DNA of 64,000 nt from Candidatus Microgenomates bacterium (GTDB taxonomy: Bacteria; Patescibacteriota; Microgenomatia; UBA8517), in NCBI GenBank assembly GCA_049519355.1, contig JBEKQV010000001.1:64688-128687 (forward strand). The letters run 5' to 3'. Made by a program: the position numbers and the translations under genes. This document shows positions 39,630-48,611 of the stretch, piece after piece. How positions within the stretch are numbered: the first letter of the stretch is position 1; each line of letters starts with the position of its first letter. Under the pieces are notes generated by a model. It ran no database searches. It was not told the DNA's origin and was given only the letters and a program-made list of their open reading frames with translations.

Positions 39630-39827
39630 TTATTTTCTTCTTTTTGCGTTACTTTCTCTGTTTGCAATATAAAAACAAATCGAAAATAATATCAACTCAC
39701 CGGAAAAAATCCAAATATAGGGGTGCGGAATAACTGCTTTATAATTATTCCAGATCACTATCAAAAAAACACTGAGAAAGATAAAGGCAACACCGGATTT
39801 AGGAACAAAATACCAAAAATTTATCAT
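39630..39827 (-). CDS. Small membrane protein
   Basis: Two hydrophobic segments, directly follows upstream gene. Confidence 0.5.
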   Translation of the reverse strand: MINFWYFVPKSGVAFIFLSVFLIVIWNNYKAVIPHPYIWIFSGELILFSICFYIANRESNAKRRK

Positions 39828-39828
39828 T

Positions 39829-40353
39829 CTAATTGGTACTTATTCTGCAACTTGAAAGAAATACCCCACCGCAATCGGGCAAATCGCCCCCATGTTCATC
39901 ATAAAGAGTAAATGTATAATCCGAATTTAGGGAAATCCACGGAGCATTATCAACCTTCGAGCCATTATTTCGACCATCCTCAGACATTAGACTATTGGTG
40001 CCTTTGACGAAAACACAAATTTCAACATTGGAAGAACCGTTCTTTCCAACAACAATATTATTCCAATTGGATTCAATATTAGCCGAACCAAATTGACCGG
40101 GCGCCGGCGGCATTTGGTAGTCACAAGTTATTTGTCCGCGGGTGCCACCCGGAACCGAAGATGTAGTACTCCCCACAGGTTTTATTACCTTCGGCAAAAC
40201 CGAGGGGGTTGGAATTGGAGTCACCTCTAAAGTTGGTGTAGGCATAATGGTCGGCTGGGGAATCGAAACTTGGTTTTTACGTCGAGAAAGGATTATAACC
40301 AGAACAAAAATTATAATAACAATTACAACCGCAATATATCTTTTTTGAAGCAT
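39829..40353 (-). CDS. Hypothetical surface protein with Pro/Thr linker
   Basis: N-terminal TM, PTP repeats, four Cys. Confidence 0.7.
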   Translation of the reverse strand: MLQKRYIAVVIVIIIFVLVIILSRRKNQVSIPQPTIMPTPTLEVTPIPTPSVLPKVIKPVGSTTSSVPGGTRGQITCDYQMPPAPGQFGSANIESNWNNIVVGKNGSSNVEICVFVKGTNSLMSEDGRNNGSKVDNAPWISLNSDYTFTLYDEHGGDLPDCGGVFLSSCRISTN

Positions 40354-40387
40354 ATCTCAAATTTTATCACGTCCCCTGAAGTATTCC

Positions 40388-40735
40388 TTAAAGCCCGAGG
40401 TTTTGATATTGATTCAACTGTCCGTTAATTGATTGGTTAGCTTGATTAATAAAACCCACGGCAAGCCAAATCGTAACAACTGTGGAAATCACCGTCAGGG
40501 ATATAGCAACAGTCCCGATTATTTTTGCCTTCTCATTACCTTGATTTAAGTATTTGATTCCCGGCCAAAGACCTAATGGGGGAAGAAAAATACTAAGAGC
40601 ATAAATTCCTATTTGGGTCAGAACTTTGGTAGGAAGAGGCGCTGGTTTAAGATTCTTTCCGCAATTAGGACAAAAATAATACGAATCAGCAATCGGGGTA
40701 TGACAAAAAGGGCAAAGTTTTTCCTGCGGATTCAT
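40388..40735 (-). CDS. Zinc-ribbon membrane protein
   Basis: CPFC...CPNCG followed by TM segments. Confidence 0.75.
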   Translation of the reverse strand: MNPQEKLCPFCHTPIADSYYFCPNCGKNLKPAPLPTKVLTQIGIYALSIFLPPLGLWPGIKYLNQGNEKAKIIGTVAISLTVISTVVTIWLAVGFINQANQSINGQLNQYQNLGL

Positions 40736-40795
40736 AGATTAAGCATCTCACTCACGGTAAAACCTTGTCAAATTTTGGGAGCGTAAGCGGAGATT

Positions 40796-41548
40796 TTAAC
40801 TCTCACTTCGAACATCTTTCCTCGTAAATGTCAGGTATAAAACGAAACCAATTATCAAAATAGTTAAGACGAGACTGGTTGGACCTGCCAACCCAAGTCC
40901 GCCAAGGTTTCTCGACCGGCTCATCCAGTCTGCAAACGAGGCCCCAAGTGGACGAGTCAAAACGTAAGTCGCCCAAAAAGCAATGATGTCATTCAAACCG
41001 AAGATCCAGTAAGCCAAAGCTGGTATTGCAATTATTACGGCAAATAAGACGGTTGATGATAAATATCCCAAACCAAAAGTTGTTGCCGTTAAGTCCCCCA
41101 ATGCGGTACCCAATGCAAAGGTAGCCAAGACGGTAACCCAATAAAATATCTCGCGACGGGTAGTATAAATACTGTGGAAAGATAAGGTTTTCTCACTAAA
41201 ATACCAGGTAATAAAAACAACTACCAATGCAATCGCAAAAAAGATACTAGATACAATATACGGGACACCTAACCCGACATGCATAACATCCGCCGCCATT
41301 GTTCCGAATACAGCGACCATCGCAACCGCCAACCAGTAAACCCACGCTATATAGCGCCGTACCAGAAACTGCAATGTAAGTGCCAAAATCAGACAAACGC
41401 CTCCAAGAATAACTGCCGGGATAGGGTTAAGCAAATGAACTAGATAATCTGAAGTTGCCTCACCCATTGCGGTGGTCAGCAGTTTAATAATCCAAAAGTA
41501 AGCCGTAATTTCCGGAACTTTTATCGCCGCATTTTTTAAGCTCTTCAT
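40796..41548 (-). CDS. COG4705/DUF347-repeat membrane protein
   Basis: KVPEIT.YFWIIK..TTAMGE; YW..V..TFALGTA.GD; LTRPLGAS.AD. Confidence 0.85.
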   Translation of the reverse strand: MKSLKNAAIKVPEITAYFWIIKLLTTAMGEATSDYLVHLLNPIPAVILGGVCLILALTLQFLVRRYIAWVYWLAVAMVAVFGTMAADVMHVGLGVPYIVSSIFFAIALVVVFITWYFSEKTLSFHSIYTTRREIFYWVTVLATFALGTALGDLTATTFGLGYLSSTVLFAVIIAIPALAYWIFGLNDIIAFWATYVLTRPLGASFADWMSRSRNLGGLGLAGPTSLVLTILIIGFVLYLTFTRKDVRSES

Positions 41549-41600
41549 TAATAAATTATATCAGTCCTACTGGAAGAAGATTTCTCAATTTACAAAGCAT

Positions 41601-41639
41601 ACCGAGCATCATTATCCAGGACCTTTTGATCCCATAACC
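41601..41639 (+). repeat. 39-bp cassette-boundary repeat, copy A
   Basis: accgagcatcattatccaggaccttttgatcccataacc. Confidence 0.85.
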
Positions 41640-41654
41640 GATTATATTTTGCCC

Positions 41655-42590
41655 TTATTCTACCCTCGCATTAATCGGGCTATTTAAAACTAATAATTCA
41701 CTTGGTTTCTGAGGGTTATTGATTAAATAACGAGCCAGCTGTATTGCTCCCTTTACAATGTCATTCTTCTGGCCAATTCTCTTATGCTCATATTCAGTGT
41801 TCCCGGTTTCATATTCAGTCTGTATTTTGGGATGAACATAGTCTATGGGAACGGGAATCACCCTTAGTTTCTTTTCAAGAGCTAACATGATAGGGAAAAA
41901 GGTGGCATTAGAATAATTATCTGGTTTAACCGTTTGGGCCAATTTAGAATTTTCTTTTAATCTAAATTGGTTGGTAAAAAGACTAAGAATTTCGGGGCTG
42001 TTTTTAAATATCCTTGGACCGAAGGATAAATCCATATCCCAACTATTTTTTGGCAACAAACCAGTTAATCGTAAAACACGGCTAAATAAACGGTTTAGTT
42101 CTTTTTCACTTCTGACCTGCTGTTCTGGGTAGGTTTTAAAACTTTGAGCTGTTCTGGCTGGTATCACAATGTCTGCAGATCCGTCTATTATTGGTCTAGC
42201 GGCCTCTTTGAGATTTTCAATCATAGAAATCTTTTCGGGTTCTGTCCAGCAAATTGCTTCAACTCCAGGAAGAACTGCGGCCTCTCTAAATGTTTGCCGT
42301 CTGCTTGCACTCATTCCTTTTTCCTCTTGATCACGGACATCAACGCCAATCCCTCTTAAGAAGTTTTTAAATTCACCAGAACTTCCACCGTCTACAACTA
42401 CTAATTGATAACCTTTTTCTTTGGCTTGTTGCAGCGTCTGAATGGCTAAATCGCCTCTTAATTGATCAGAATTAATTGCAGAACCGGTTTGGGCGGCAGA
42501 CCACTCTTTGTAAAAGGTGGTAGTTACAACTGCGATGTTATGATTTTGCAGCTTTTCTTCATGGCTAGTTGATTCGATATTTTCAGCCAT
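41655..42590 (-). CDS. GT-A fold glycosyltransferase-like protein
   Basis: VVVDGGSS, ADIVIPAR, D.SFGPR. Confidence 0.7.
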   Translation of the reverse strand: MAENIESTSHEEKLQNHNIAVVTTTFYKEWSAAQTGSAINSDQLRGDLAIQTLQQAKEKGYQLVVVDGGSSGEFKNFLRGIGVDVRDQEEKGMSASRRQTFREAAVLPGVEAICWTEPEKISMIENLKEAARPIIDGSADIVIPARTAQSFKTYPEQQVRSEKELNRLFSRVLRLTGLLPKNSWDMDLSFGPRIFKNSPEILSLFTNQFRLKENSKLAQTVKPDNYSNATFFPIMLALEKKLRVIPVPIDYVHPKIQTEYETGNTEYEHKRIGQKNDIVKGAIQLARYLINNPQKPSELLVLNSPINARVE

Positions 42591-42641
42591 AAGTAAGTTT
42601 AGGAATAAGCGAATTATATATCAAGAGTGGCAAATGGCACC

Positions 42642-42679
42642 GCCAAGCATACAGTCTGGCACCTCTAGATCCCATAATA
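42642..42679 (+). repeat. Cassette-boundary repeat, copy B (degenerate)
   Basis: gccaagcatacagtctggcacctctagatcccataata. Confidence 0.7.
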
Positions 42680-42706
42680 GTTAAGGCAAATAAAACACTA
42701 TTGATC

Positions 42707-43090
42707 TTAGTAAGTGAATCCGGCGTACAGGAAATATATTCCTATAAATAAAAAGGCTACCAGTGCAAACATCCCCAATCCTTTATTCTTCCTTATATTT
42801 TTGACAAAGCCGTTCATACTTTTCGGAAAGAATAAGTTTACGAGGCCGATAATCAAAATCAGCCAGGAAAACAATGTAGTAGATATGTCCAAATTTGTCA
42901 TCCAGGAGCTGTGATATAGCAAAAGGCCAATTCCCAAAAGTGTATTGATAACCCCTTTGACAAGCATGGGCATCGTGCCTTCATACATTTTAAGAACACC
43001 ATCAAAATTTTTCCGGTTTAAAAGTAAAGCTCCCGTTACTATTACCAAAATAAAGCCAAATAGTTTTGCGAGTAAAACTGAAGTTAGCAT
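42707..43090 (-). CDS. Four-TM membrane protein
   Basis: Hydrophobic 127-aa ORF between repeats B and C. Confidence 0.75.
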   Translation of the reverse strand: MLTSVLLAKLFGFILVIVTGALLLNRKNFDGVLKMYEGTMPMLVKGVINTLLGIGLLLYHSSWMTNLDISTTLFSWLILIIGLVNLFFPKSMNGFVKNIRKNKGLGMFALVAFLFIGIYFLYAGFTY

Positions 43091-43154
43091 TTAGATATCA
43101 CCCTCTTTCGTTAATAATAGTTTTTCACTATTTGGAAGACTTTGCAAATATTTG

Positions 43155-43193
43155 GCTGAACATCACGGTCTAAGGCATTTAAGACCCATAACT
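43155..43193 (+). repeat. Cassette-boundary repeat, copy C
   Basis: gctgaacatcacggtctaaggcatttaagacccataact; overlaps the stop codon of the methyltransferase. Confidence 0.8.
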
Positions 43194-43853
43194 GTTTTTT
43201 AGTTGACCCAAAAAACAATAATGCCTCTTTTCGGAATCAACCCAAATTTTTCTATTCTTAAAGTTTTTAAATTCTTTTCCTACAATATCTCTGTTAAAAA
43301 GATAGTGTGGCAAGCCTTTCTCTCCACCCTCGACAGGCACATAAGTTCTTGGAGCAATCACTTTATAATTGGTCTTTTGCTTTCCATATTTTTCTATTAT
43401 TGTGTGGCTGGGATAAAACTTCCTAAACTTTCTTTTGCGAAATGTTATAAAAACAAAGCCACCTGGAATTAATACTCTTTCTATTTCCTTGATAGCTTCT
43501 CTAATTTTTTCGATAACTTCATGGTGAAGTGCTTGTGTAGAAATTACAGCATCGAAATAATCATTTTTATAAGGTAATTTTTTATAAATGTTTCCGACTT
43601 TTAGATCTGCTTTTAATTCCTCGTCTTTTAGCCATTTTTTTGTAAGATTAATACCTTCTCCCGCTATATCGATACCATAGGTGTCAAAACCATGTTTGGC
43701 AAAATAAACAACATGTCGCCCTGACCCACAACCTAAATCTAAAAGTTTTTTAACGCCGTTCTTTTTAAGAATACCCACAATTTTCACAATATCTTCTTGT
43801 GGCTCAAGAAAAACCTTTCCGTGCTCCTTAAAAACTTCGTTCCACTGTTTCAT
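43179..43853 (-). CDS. Class I SAM-dependent methyltransferase
   Basis: LDLGCGSGRH, FDAVIS..ALHH, RVLIPGG. Confidence 0.9.
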   Translation of the reverse strand: MKQWNEVFKEHGKVFLEPQEDIVKIVGILKKNGVKKLLDLGCGSGRHVVYFAKHGFDTYGIDIAGEGINLTKKWLKDEELKADLKVGNIYKKLPYKNDYFDAVISTQALHHEVIEKIREAIKEIERVLIPGGFVFITFRKRKFRKFYPSHTIIEKYGKQKTNYKVIAPRTYVPVEGGEKGLPHYLFNRDIVGKEFKNFKNRKIWVDSEKRHYCFLGQLKNSYGS

Positions 43854-43943
43854 ATTTGAAGTATACCAAACTTGAGCTGGCCCTGGTTGAAAATTTCCGA
43901 ACAGTAAACTGGTCAGAAATCATAAAACATCCTAAGTTAGCTT

Positions 43944-43977
43944 ACCAAACAAGTCAGCAATTTTTGGATCTCTAATC
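43944..43977 (+). repeat. Possible highly degenerate repeat copy G
   Basis: accaaacaagtcagcaatttttggatctctaatc aligns to copy B with gaps, at the equivalent position next to a stop codon. Confidence 0.35.
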
Positions 43978-44623
43978 AATCGTAATGTTTTTCATTCCAA
44001 CTGACGTATTTGTAATCTTCAACCATTTTGATTCTGTCCACAGGTATGTCAGTTGGTATTAACACTTCAGGAAATTCAAAATCATCTAAATCTTGTTCTT
44101 CACCTGTATGATGCTCTGACAAATACTGACTAAGTGGTTTTGCGGTTTCCCAGTAAGATTTGGCCCAGCTTCTTGCTCCTTTTATCCCTTCGAGTCCGGT
44201 TATATCAGCTCCTGCTTCAGTAACAAAGGCACCATCAGCCACAATACAATCTTTGGGATCTACTTGGACCTCAAAAAGTACTTGTTTACCGGGGTTAAAC
44301 AAACTTAACCTTACTTCGTCCGGCTTACGAGGATAGGCAAATATACATTTCGTTCTATCAACACGGAAACCCATGTCCTTTCCTGTTTGGGAAAATATTT
44401 GTTCTAATTCCGGACCTTTCGTTCCCATCTGATTATCTTTAGCCCGAAAACCATTTTTATTTATAAAATCTAAACTTTCCTTATTAATATGGATATACAA
44501 AGTTACATAATTATTAAGTTTTTCTGGAGAATGATCTTCCTCCACTGGCGAACTTGTTTCGATTGGTTTAGGTTGAGAGACTTGTACATCTGATTGATCA
44601 ACCATTATTTCGGAAGATTCCAT
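43976..44623 (-). CDS. Hypothetical protein, possible ADP-ribosyltransferase-like fold
   Basis: TLYIH...SLDFINKNGF, CIFAYP, LFEVQVDP, PEVLIPTDIPVDRI. Confidence 0.55.
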   Translation of the reverse strand: MESSEIMVDQSDVQVSQPKPIETSSPVEEDHSPEKLNNYVTLYIHINKESLDFINKNGFRAKDNQMGTKGPELEQIFSQTGKDMGFRVDRTKCIFAYPRKPDEVRLSLFNPGKQVLFEVQVDPKDCIVADGAFVTEAGADITGLEGIKGARSWAKSYWETAKPLSQYLSEHHTGEEQDLDDFEFPEVLIPTDIPVDRIKMVEDYKYVSWNEKHYD

Positions 44624-44731
44624 ACTAAAAGTATAACTTACTTATGTTTGTTTTTCTTTAAACCCTGAACCCAGTTCAAATCTCTGTCTGGGTTGTTCAA
44701 TTTGATACAGTTATTTGAGGCTAAACTTTAA

Positions 44732-44770
44732 GCTGAGCATCATGGTCTGGAACCGTTCGATCCCATAACC
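44732..44770 (+). repeat. Cassette-boundary repeat, copy D
   Basis: gctgagcatcatggtctggaaccgttcgatcccataacc; identical to copy F. Confidence 0.92.
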
Positions 44771-44870
44771 ATCTGAAAGTAGTGTATCACCCCGAAGCTA
44801 AATGAGACAAATGAGGCAGTATCAAAGGGTGGTTAATAGTTGTTGTACAACGTATGTAGTAAAATGAGCC

Positions 44871-45560
44871 ATGACTGAAGAGAAAACTGATTTACCGAAA
44901 CTTCAGACCTCTACGAAGGAGTGGTTGGATAAATTGATGGTGCAAGCCAGGAACCAAACTGTTAACCCTGAAGAGGTTTCTGAATCGTTACGAATTTCAG
45001 ATAGGGAGGTTACATACGACAAATTTATTAATTTTTGTAACAAATTCCCCCAATGGAAAAACAAAGAAATTCAATATGTCTTTGTTAAGGGTTGGTCAAG
45101 AGAACTGGCCTTACAGGCAGATAGGATATTGCCGATAGACTCTCACTCTCAAATTAAAACTAAGCTTAATGTCTCATTTGCCCCCACTGAAATAAAATCC
45201 CATGGTGATATTGATATATGCCTAGTTAATAGAGACCTTGAAAAAGAAATAATTCCCATTTGGAGACAATACAATATTGATGAAAACAATGTTGGAAAGA
45301 CGCTACCAGACTTTTTACTCTATAAGGAACAAGATGTGGAGCAATCTTTAAGGGATTATTTTTGCGTGGTTGAGTTTGATAATAGGGATTTTATAGTTCC
45401 AAAACCAGAAGTGATCTTCCTTGCCAATACCCACAAAAACAGTGAGGGTAATTTAAGAAGACCAAATGTCTTAAGATCTTTAAATGAAAAATATGTTCTA
45501 GACTTAAACTTAATAGACCAAATTAGAAAAATACCAGGAGTTGAAAAGTTTATTAGCTGA
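44871..45560 (+). CDS. Hypothetical protein, possible Pol-beta-type nucleotidyltransferase
   Basis: FVKGWS...HGDIDICLV...VPKPE. Confidence 0.5.
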   Translation: MTEEKTDLPKLQTSTKEWLDKLMVQARNQTVNPEEVSESLRISDREVTYDKFINFCNKFPQWKNKEIQYVFVKGWSRELALQADRILPIDSHSQIKTKLNVSFAPTEIKSHGDIDICLVNRDLEKEIIPIWRQYNIDENNVGKTLPDFLLYKEQDVEQSLRDYFCVVEFDNRDFIVPKPEVIFLANTHKNSEGNLRRPNVLRSLNEKYVLDLNLIDQIRKIPGVEKFIS

Positions 45561-45572
45561 GGTAATAAACTT

Positions 45573-45611
45573 GCTGAGCATCATGGTCTAGGACTTTATT
45601 ATCCCATAACC
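45573..45611 (+). repeat. Cassette-boundary repeat, copy E
   Basis: gctgagcatcatggtctaggactttattatcccataacc; arms conserved, centre changed. Confidence 0.9.
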
Positions 45612-45706
45612 ACTAAGAGCAGTGAATCATCCTGAAGCTAAATGAGACAAATGAGACATAATAAAAAGTTGATTCCGTCAGCTAGCAATGTATAATTACA
45701 AAATAT

Positions 45707-45904
45707 ATGGAACATATAATTAACAGTACGAATCAGGACCCTCAAAAAGATGGTATCGAAGAAATTGAATTACAACCACCAACACTATCAGAGACTGGGG
45801 TAAAACAAGACTTGAAAAAGAAAGAACAACCTACCGAGAAAAAGCTCGAAAGTCCTCAAGGGCCTGGAGGAAGAGTTGTTAGAGGACCGTTTGGTACGTA
45901 TTAA
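45707..45904 (+). CDS. 65-aa hypothetical peptide
   Basis: TATAAT 10 nt upstream of ATG; charged N-terminus, GPGGRVVRGPFGTY C-terminus. Confidence 0.55.
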   Translation: MEHIINSTNQDPQKDGIEEIELQPPTLSETGVKQDLKKKEQPTEKKLESPQGPGGRVVRGPFGTY

Positions 45905-45932
45905 TTCTCAAGAGAAAGCACTACTAGAATAT

Positions 45933-46766
45933 TCAGTCACCCAATCCAAGGTTGTAGATCCTATTAGCGTTTTTCCAGAAGATCGATTGTTCTAATTCTT
46001 CGCTTAAACTTAGACTTTTTACAAGATCTATATGTTTTTTAAACCCACTTTCGGTTTTAGAATCACATAGTGGCCAATCCGTACCAAAAATGACTTTGTC
46101 CGGTCTATCATCAACAGTTCTTTTTAGAACATTTACCATCTTCTCTTTTCCACCACTTGCTTTTATCACCTCATCATCTGCACACCCAGAGATTTCAAAA
46201 CAAATATTTGAAACACTCCTGGTAATATCATAACAATATTCAATCTTCGGCCAATAGTAATGGGCAATCACTATTTTTAAATTTGGAAACTTTTTAGCAA
46301 CCTCAACAATGTATTTGGGATCGTTGTAATCAAGAGGGTTAGTTATTTTAGGATCGGAAGAAATATCACCCGTGTGAATCACTACTGGATAACCCAAATT
46401 CTGAAGCAGCTCGTAATAAGGCGTACATCTCTCATCTGCAACATTATAAGGATCATGCCCAGGAAAGAGCTTTAGACCTTTTATTTTTCCTTCTTCTACT
46501 AATTTTCTATATTTATCAATCTCACTACTACCTCTTTGAATAATTTGTGGGCTCCCCAACGCAAACAATCTTTTTTGATCTTTAACAAGATTAAGTGTGT
46601 GATCCAAGTCAGCAATTTTAGGATCATTTTCTAAATTATCCGGAATAACAATTGCGTAGTCTATTCCGTTTAGATTCATCTCTTCAAGTAAAGTATCCGT
46701 AGCCTCGTCTAGACTATTCCCTTTTCCTGTATATGTTGAAACGTGAACGTGTGCGTCAATAATCAT
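45933..46766 (-). CDS. Amidohydrolase family (TIM-barrel metal-dependent hydrolase)
   Basis: IIDAHVH, GLKLFP, VIHTG, IAH, FGTDWP. Confidence 0.9.
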   Translation of the reverse strand: MIIDAHVHVSTYTGKGNSLDEATDTLLEEMNLNGIDYAIVIPDNLENDPKIADLDHTLNLVKDQKRLFALGSPQIIQRGSSEIDKYRKLVEEGKIKGLKLFPGHDPYNVADERCTPYYELLQNLGYPVVIHTGDISSDPKITNPLDYNDPKYIVEVAKKFPNLKIVIAHYYWPKIEYCYDITRSVSNICFEISGCADDEVIKASGGKEKMVNVLKRTVDDRPDKVIFGTDWPLCDSKTESGFKKHIDLVKSLSLSEELEQSIFWKNANRIYNLGLGD

Positions 46767-46951
46767 GATGTCTTAAGTTTAACAGAAGATTACTAATAAT
46801 AAAACGTTTTATCTTATAAGTCCTTTATTTATGCATATTTTGAATCGGAGGTGTATAATATAGGCTGTCTGTTAGGCACGTTAACAAAGTAACAAAAAAT
46901 AATCAAAAATCCTTATAAAAACCTCATTGGAAAGGAAGGAGTAAGGAAGTC

Positions 46952-47254
46952 ATGGGTAAGCATTTTGTGCGTCGTAATGAGAATTTTACCTGTGAGCATT
47001 GTGGACAAACGGTTGTGGGTTCGGGATATACGAATCATTGCCCCACTTGTCTCTGGAGTAAGCACGTAGATGTGTATCCAGGGGATCGGGCCTCGGCCTG
47101 CAGAGGGATGATGAAACCCGTCCGTGTCGAGTTTAAAAAGGGACAGTATGTAATTGTTCACCGCTGCACTACGTGTGGCTGTGAGAAGAGAAATAAGGCT
47201 GCCCCTAACGACAACTTCGATGCGATACTCCAAGTAGCCTCACAACACAGGTAA
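46952..47254 (+). CDS. RNHCP domain protein
   Basis: FTCEHCG, TNHCPTCLWSKHVD..PGDRAS.C.G.M.P, HRC..CG; SD-like AAGGAG upstream. Confidence 0.88.
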   Translation: MGKHFVRRNENFTCEHCGQTVVGSGYTNHCPTCLWSKHVDVYPGDRASACRGMMKPVRVEFKKGQYVIVHRCTTCGCEKRNKAAPNDNFDAILQVASQHR

Positions 47255-47267
47255 AGGAGTGCAAACC

Positions 47268-48611
47268 ATGAAAATTGTGTTTGTCACCCCAATTCTTCCG
47301 TACAAATTCGAAAAGACGCCGTATGTGCCTCTAGGAATCGGATATCTTGTTGCAAGCATCCGAAAAAATTGCCCGTACGTAACAGACATTCAGTTCATAG
47401 ATGGGCAAATCTTATCCGAGCACAGCTTTTGGCGGAATATCGAACTGGTCAATACCGATGTTTTACTCATATCGGCAACCATTAGACAGATGAAAGGAGC
47501 TGCGAAAGTAGCCTCAATCGTCAAGCGTCGTAATGAAGGTGTTGTGGTTATCCTCGGAGGTGCAGGGCCAAGTGGTTTTTCTGTACTTCCACAAATGGAT
47601 GACATCGACATAATTGTGAAGGGAGAAGGAGAAGAAGTACTGCCATCAATTCTCGACGCGGTTAATAGGAAGGTGCAAATCGTGCTGCCTGAAGAAAAAG
47701 CGATCTGTCAGCATAACAACGGCAAGACTGTTATTTCTGTTTGTCTGCCGCCTGATATTAATGCAATTCCTTTGCCGGATAGAACAATATTCGACAACAC
47801 CGCCTATAGAAAAAGATGGATCGGATCAGCCGGGATGGACTCTGTAAGTATCATCGGATCGAGAGGATGTCCATTCCATTGTGTCTTTTGTGACCACTCG
47901 GTCACTGGATATGGCGTAAGGTATCGAAACGTACAAAACATTGCGGAGGAGATGATCTCTTTACAGCAAAAGTACAAGCCTAACGACATATTCTTCTATG
48001 ATGATCTTTTCACAACAAGAAAAAGCCGGGTTAGTGCACTGTGCGACCTGATCGTAAAAAGCAAAGTTCCAATCACATGGAGCGCGCAAGGAAGGGTCGA
48101 CTGCATTACGCAGGAAATGCTTGAAAGAATGCTCTCTGCAGGATGTAACGAAGTGATGTTTGGTGTTGAATCCGGCAGTGACAAGATACTCAAGTATTTC
48201 CGAAAGGGTTTCACCCATGAAAAGATTGTCCAGGCATTTGAGTTGTGCCACAAAGTAGGCATGAAAGCTGGTGCATATCTCATCATCGGTGTTCCCGGAG
48301 AAACACGACAAGATATCCTTCAGACGATTTCTCTCGTCGAGGAAATTGAACCGTCACTTCTCAATATCTCGTACCTTACCCCGTTCCCCGCCACTCAGTT
48401 ATATAAAATGACAAAAAAGTGGGTACGGAATGAAGACTACGAGAGATGGGACGACTTCCAAACTTCAGTTTATGACTTTCCTTTTGAAATGGATCCCAGG
48501 AAGTCAGAAGAGCTTATTTTGGAAGCATACCGAAGAAAGATCAATCAGGGTATGCCATATAGTGCCTACCAATTCGCTAACGCGAAAAAAACTAATGGAG
48601 GTGCAGAATGA
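47268..48611 (+). CDS. Cobalamin-dependent radical SAM enzyme (class B methyltransferase-like)
   Basis: N-terminal PLGIGYL...ILGG...GEGE B12-binding domain, SRGCPFHCVFC, FGVESGS; AGGAG 8 nt before ATG. Confidence 0.92.
   Translation: MKIVFVTPILPYKFEKTPYVPLGIGYLVASIRKNCPYVTDIQFIDGQILSEHSFWRNIELVNTDVLLISATIRQMKGAAKVASIVKRRNEGVVVILGGAGPSGFSVLPQMDDIDIIVKGEGEEVLPSILDAVNRKVQIVLPEEKAICQHNNGKTVISVCLPPDINAIPLPDRTIFDNTAYRKRWIGSAGMDSVSIIGSRGCPFHCVFCDHSVTGYGVRYRNVQNIAEEMISLQQKYKPNDIFFYDDLFTTRKSRVSALCDLIVKSKVPITWSAQGRVDCITQEMLERMLSAGCNEVMFGVESGSDKILKYFRKGFTHEKIVQAFELCHKVGMKAGAYLIIGVPGETRQDILQTISLVEEIEPSLLNISYLTPFPATQLYKMTKKWVRNEDYERWDDFQTSVYDFPFEMDPRKSEELILEAYRRKINQGMPYSAYQFANAKKTNGGAE

Noticed and set aside
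44674-44688. 14/15 match to the tRNA-Gln T-arm as an att duplication
   Set aside because: It is inverted relative to the tRNA, lacks the acceptor end, and is short enough to be chance.
44732-44770. The repeat as a coding motif (AEHHGLEPFDPIT) or a tRNA fragment (GTTCGATCCC)
   Set aside because: An in-frame stop lies just upstream in D, B has an indel, no start codon is shared, the T-loop-like bases are not conserved among copies, and there is no cloverleaf.
46777-46877. attC-like GTTTAAC...GTTAGGC pair upstream of RNHCP
   Set aside because: There are no convincing L boxes or internal stem, the left box coincides with the amidohydrolase -10 element, and it is a single instance.
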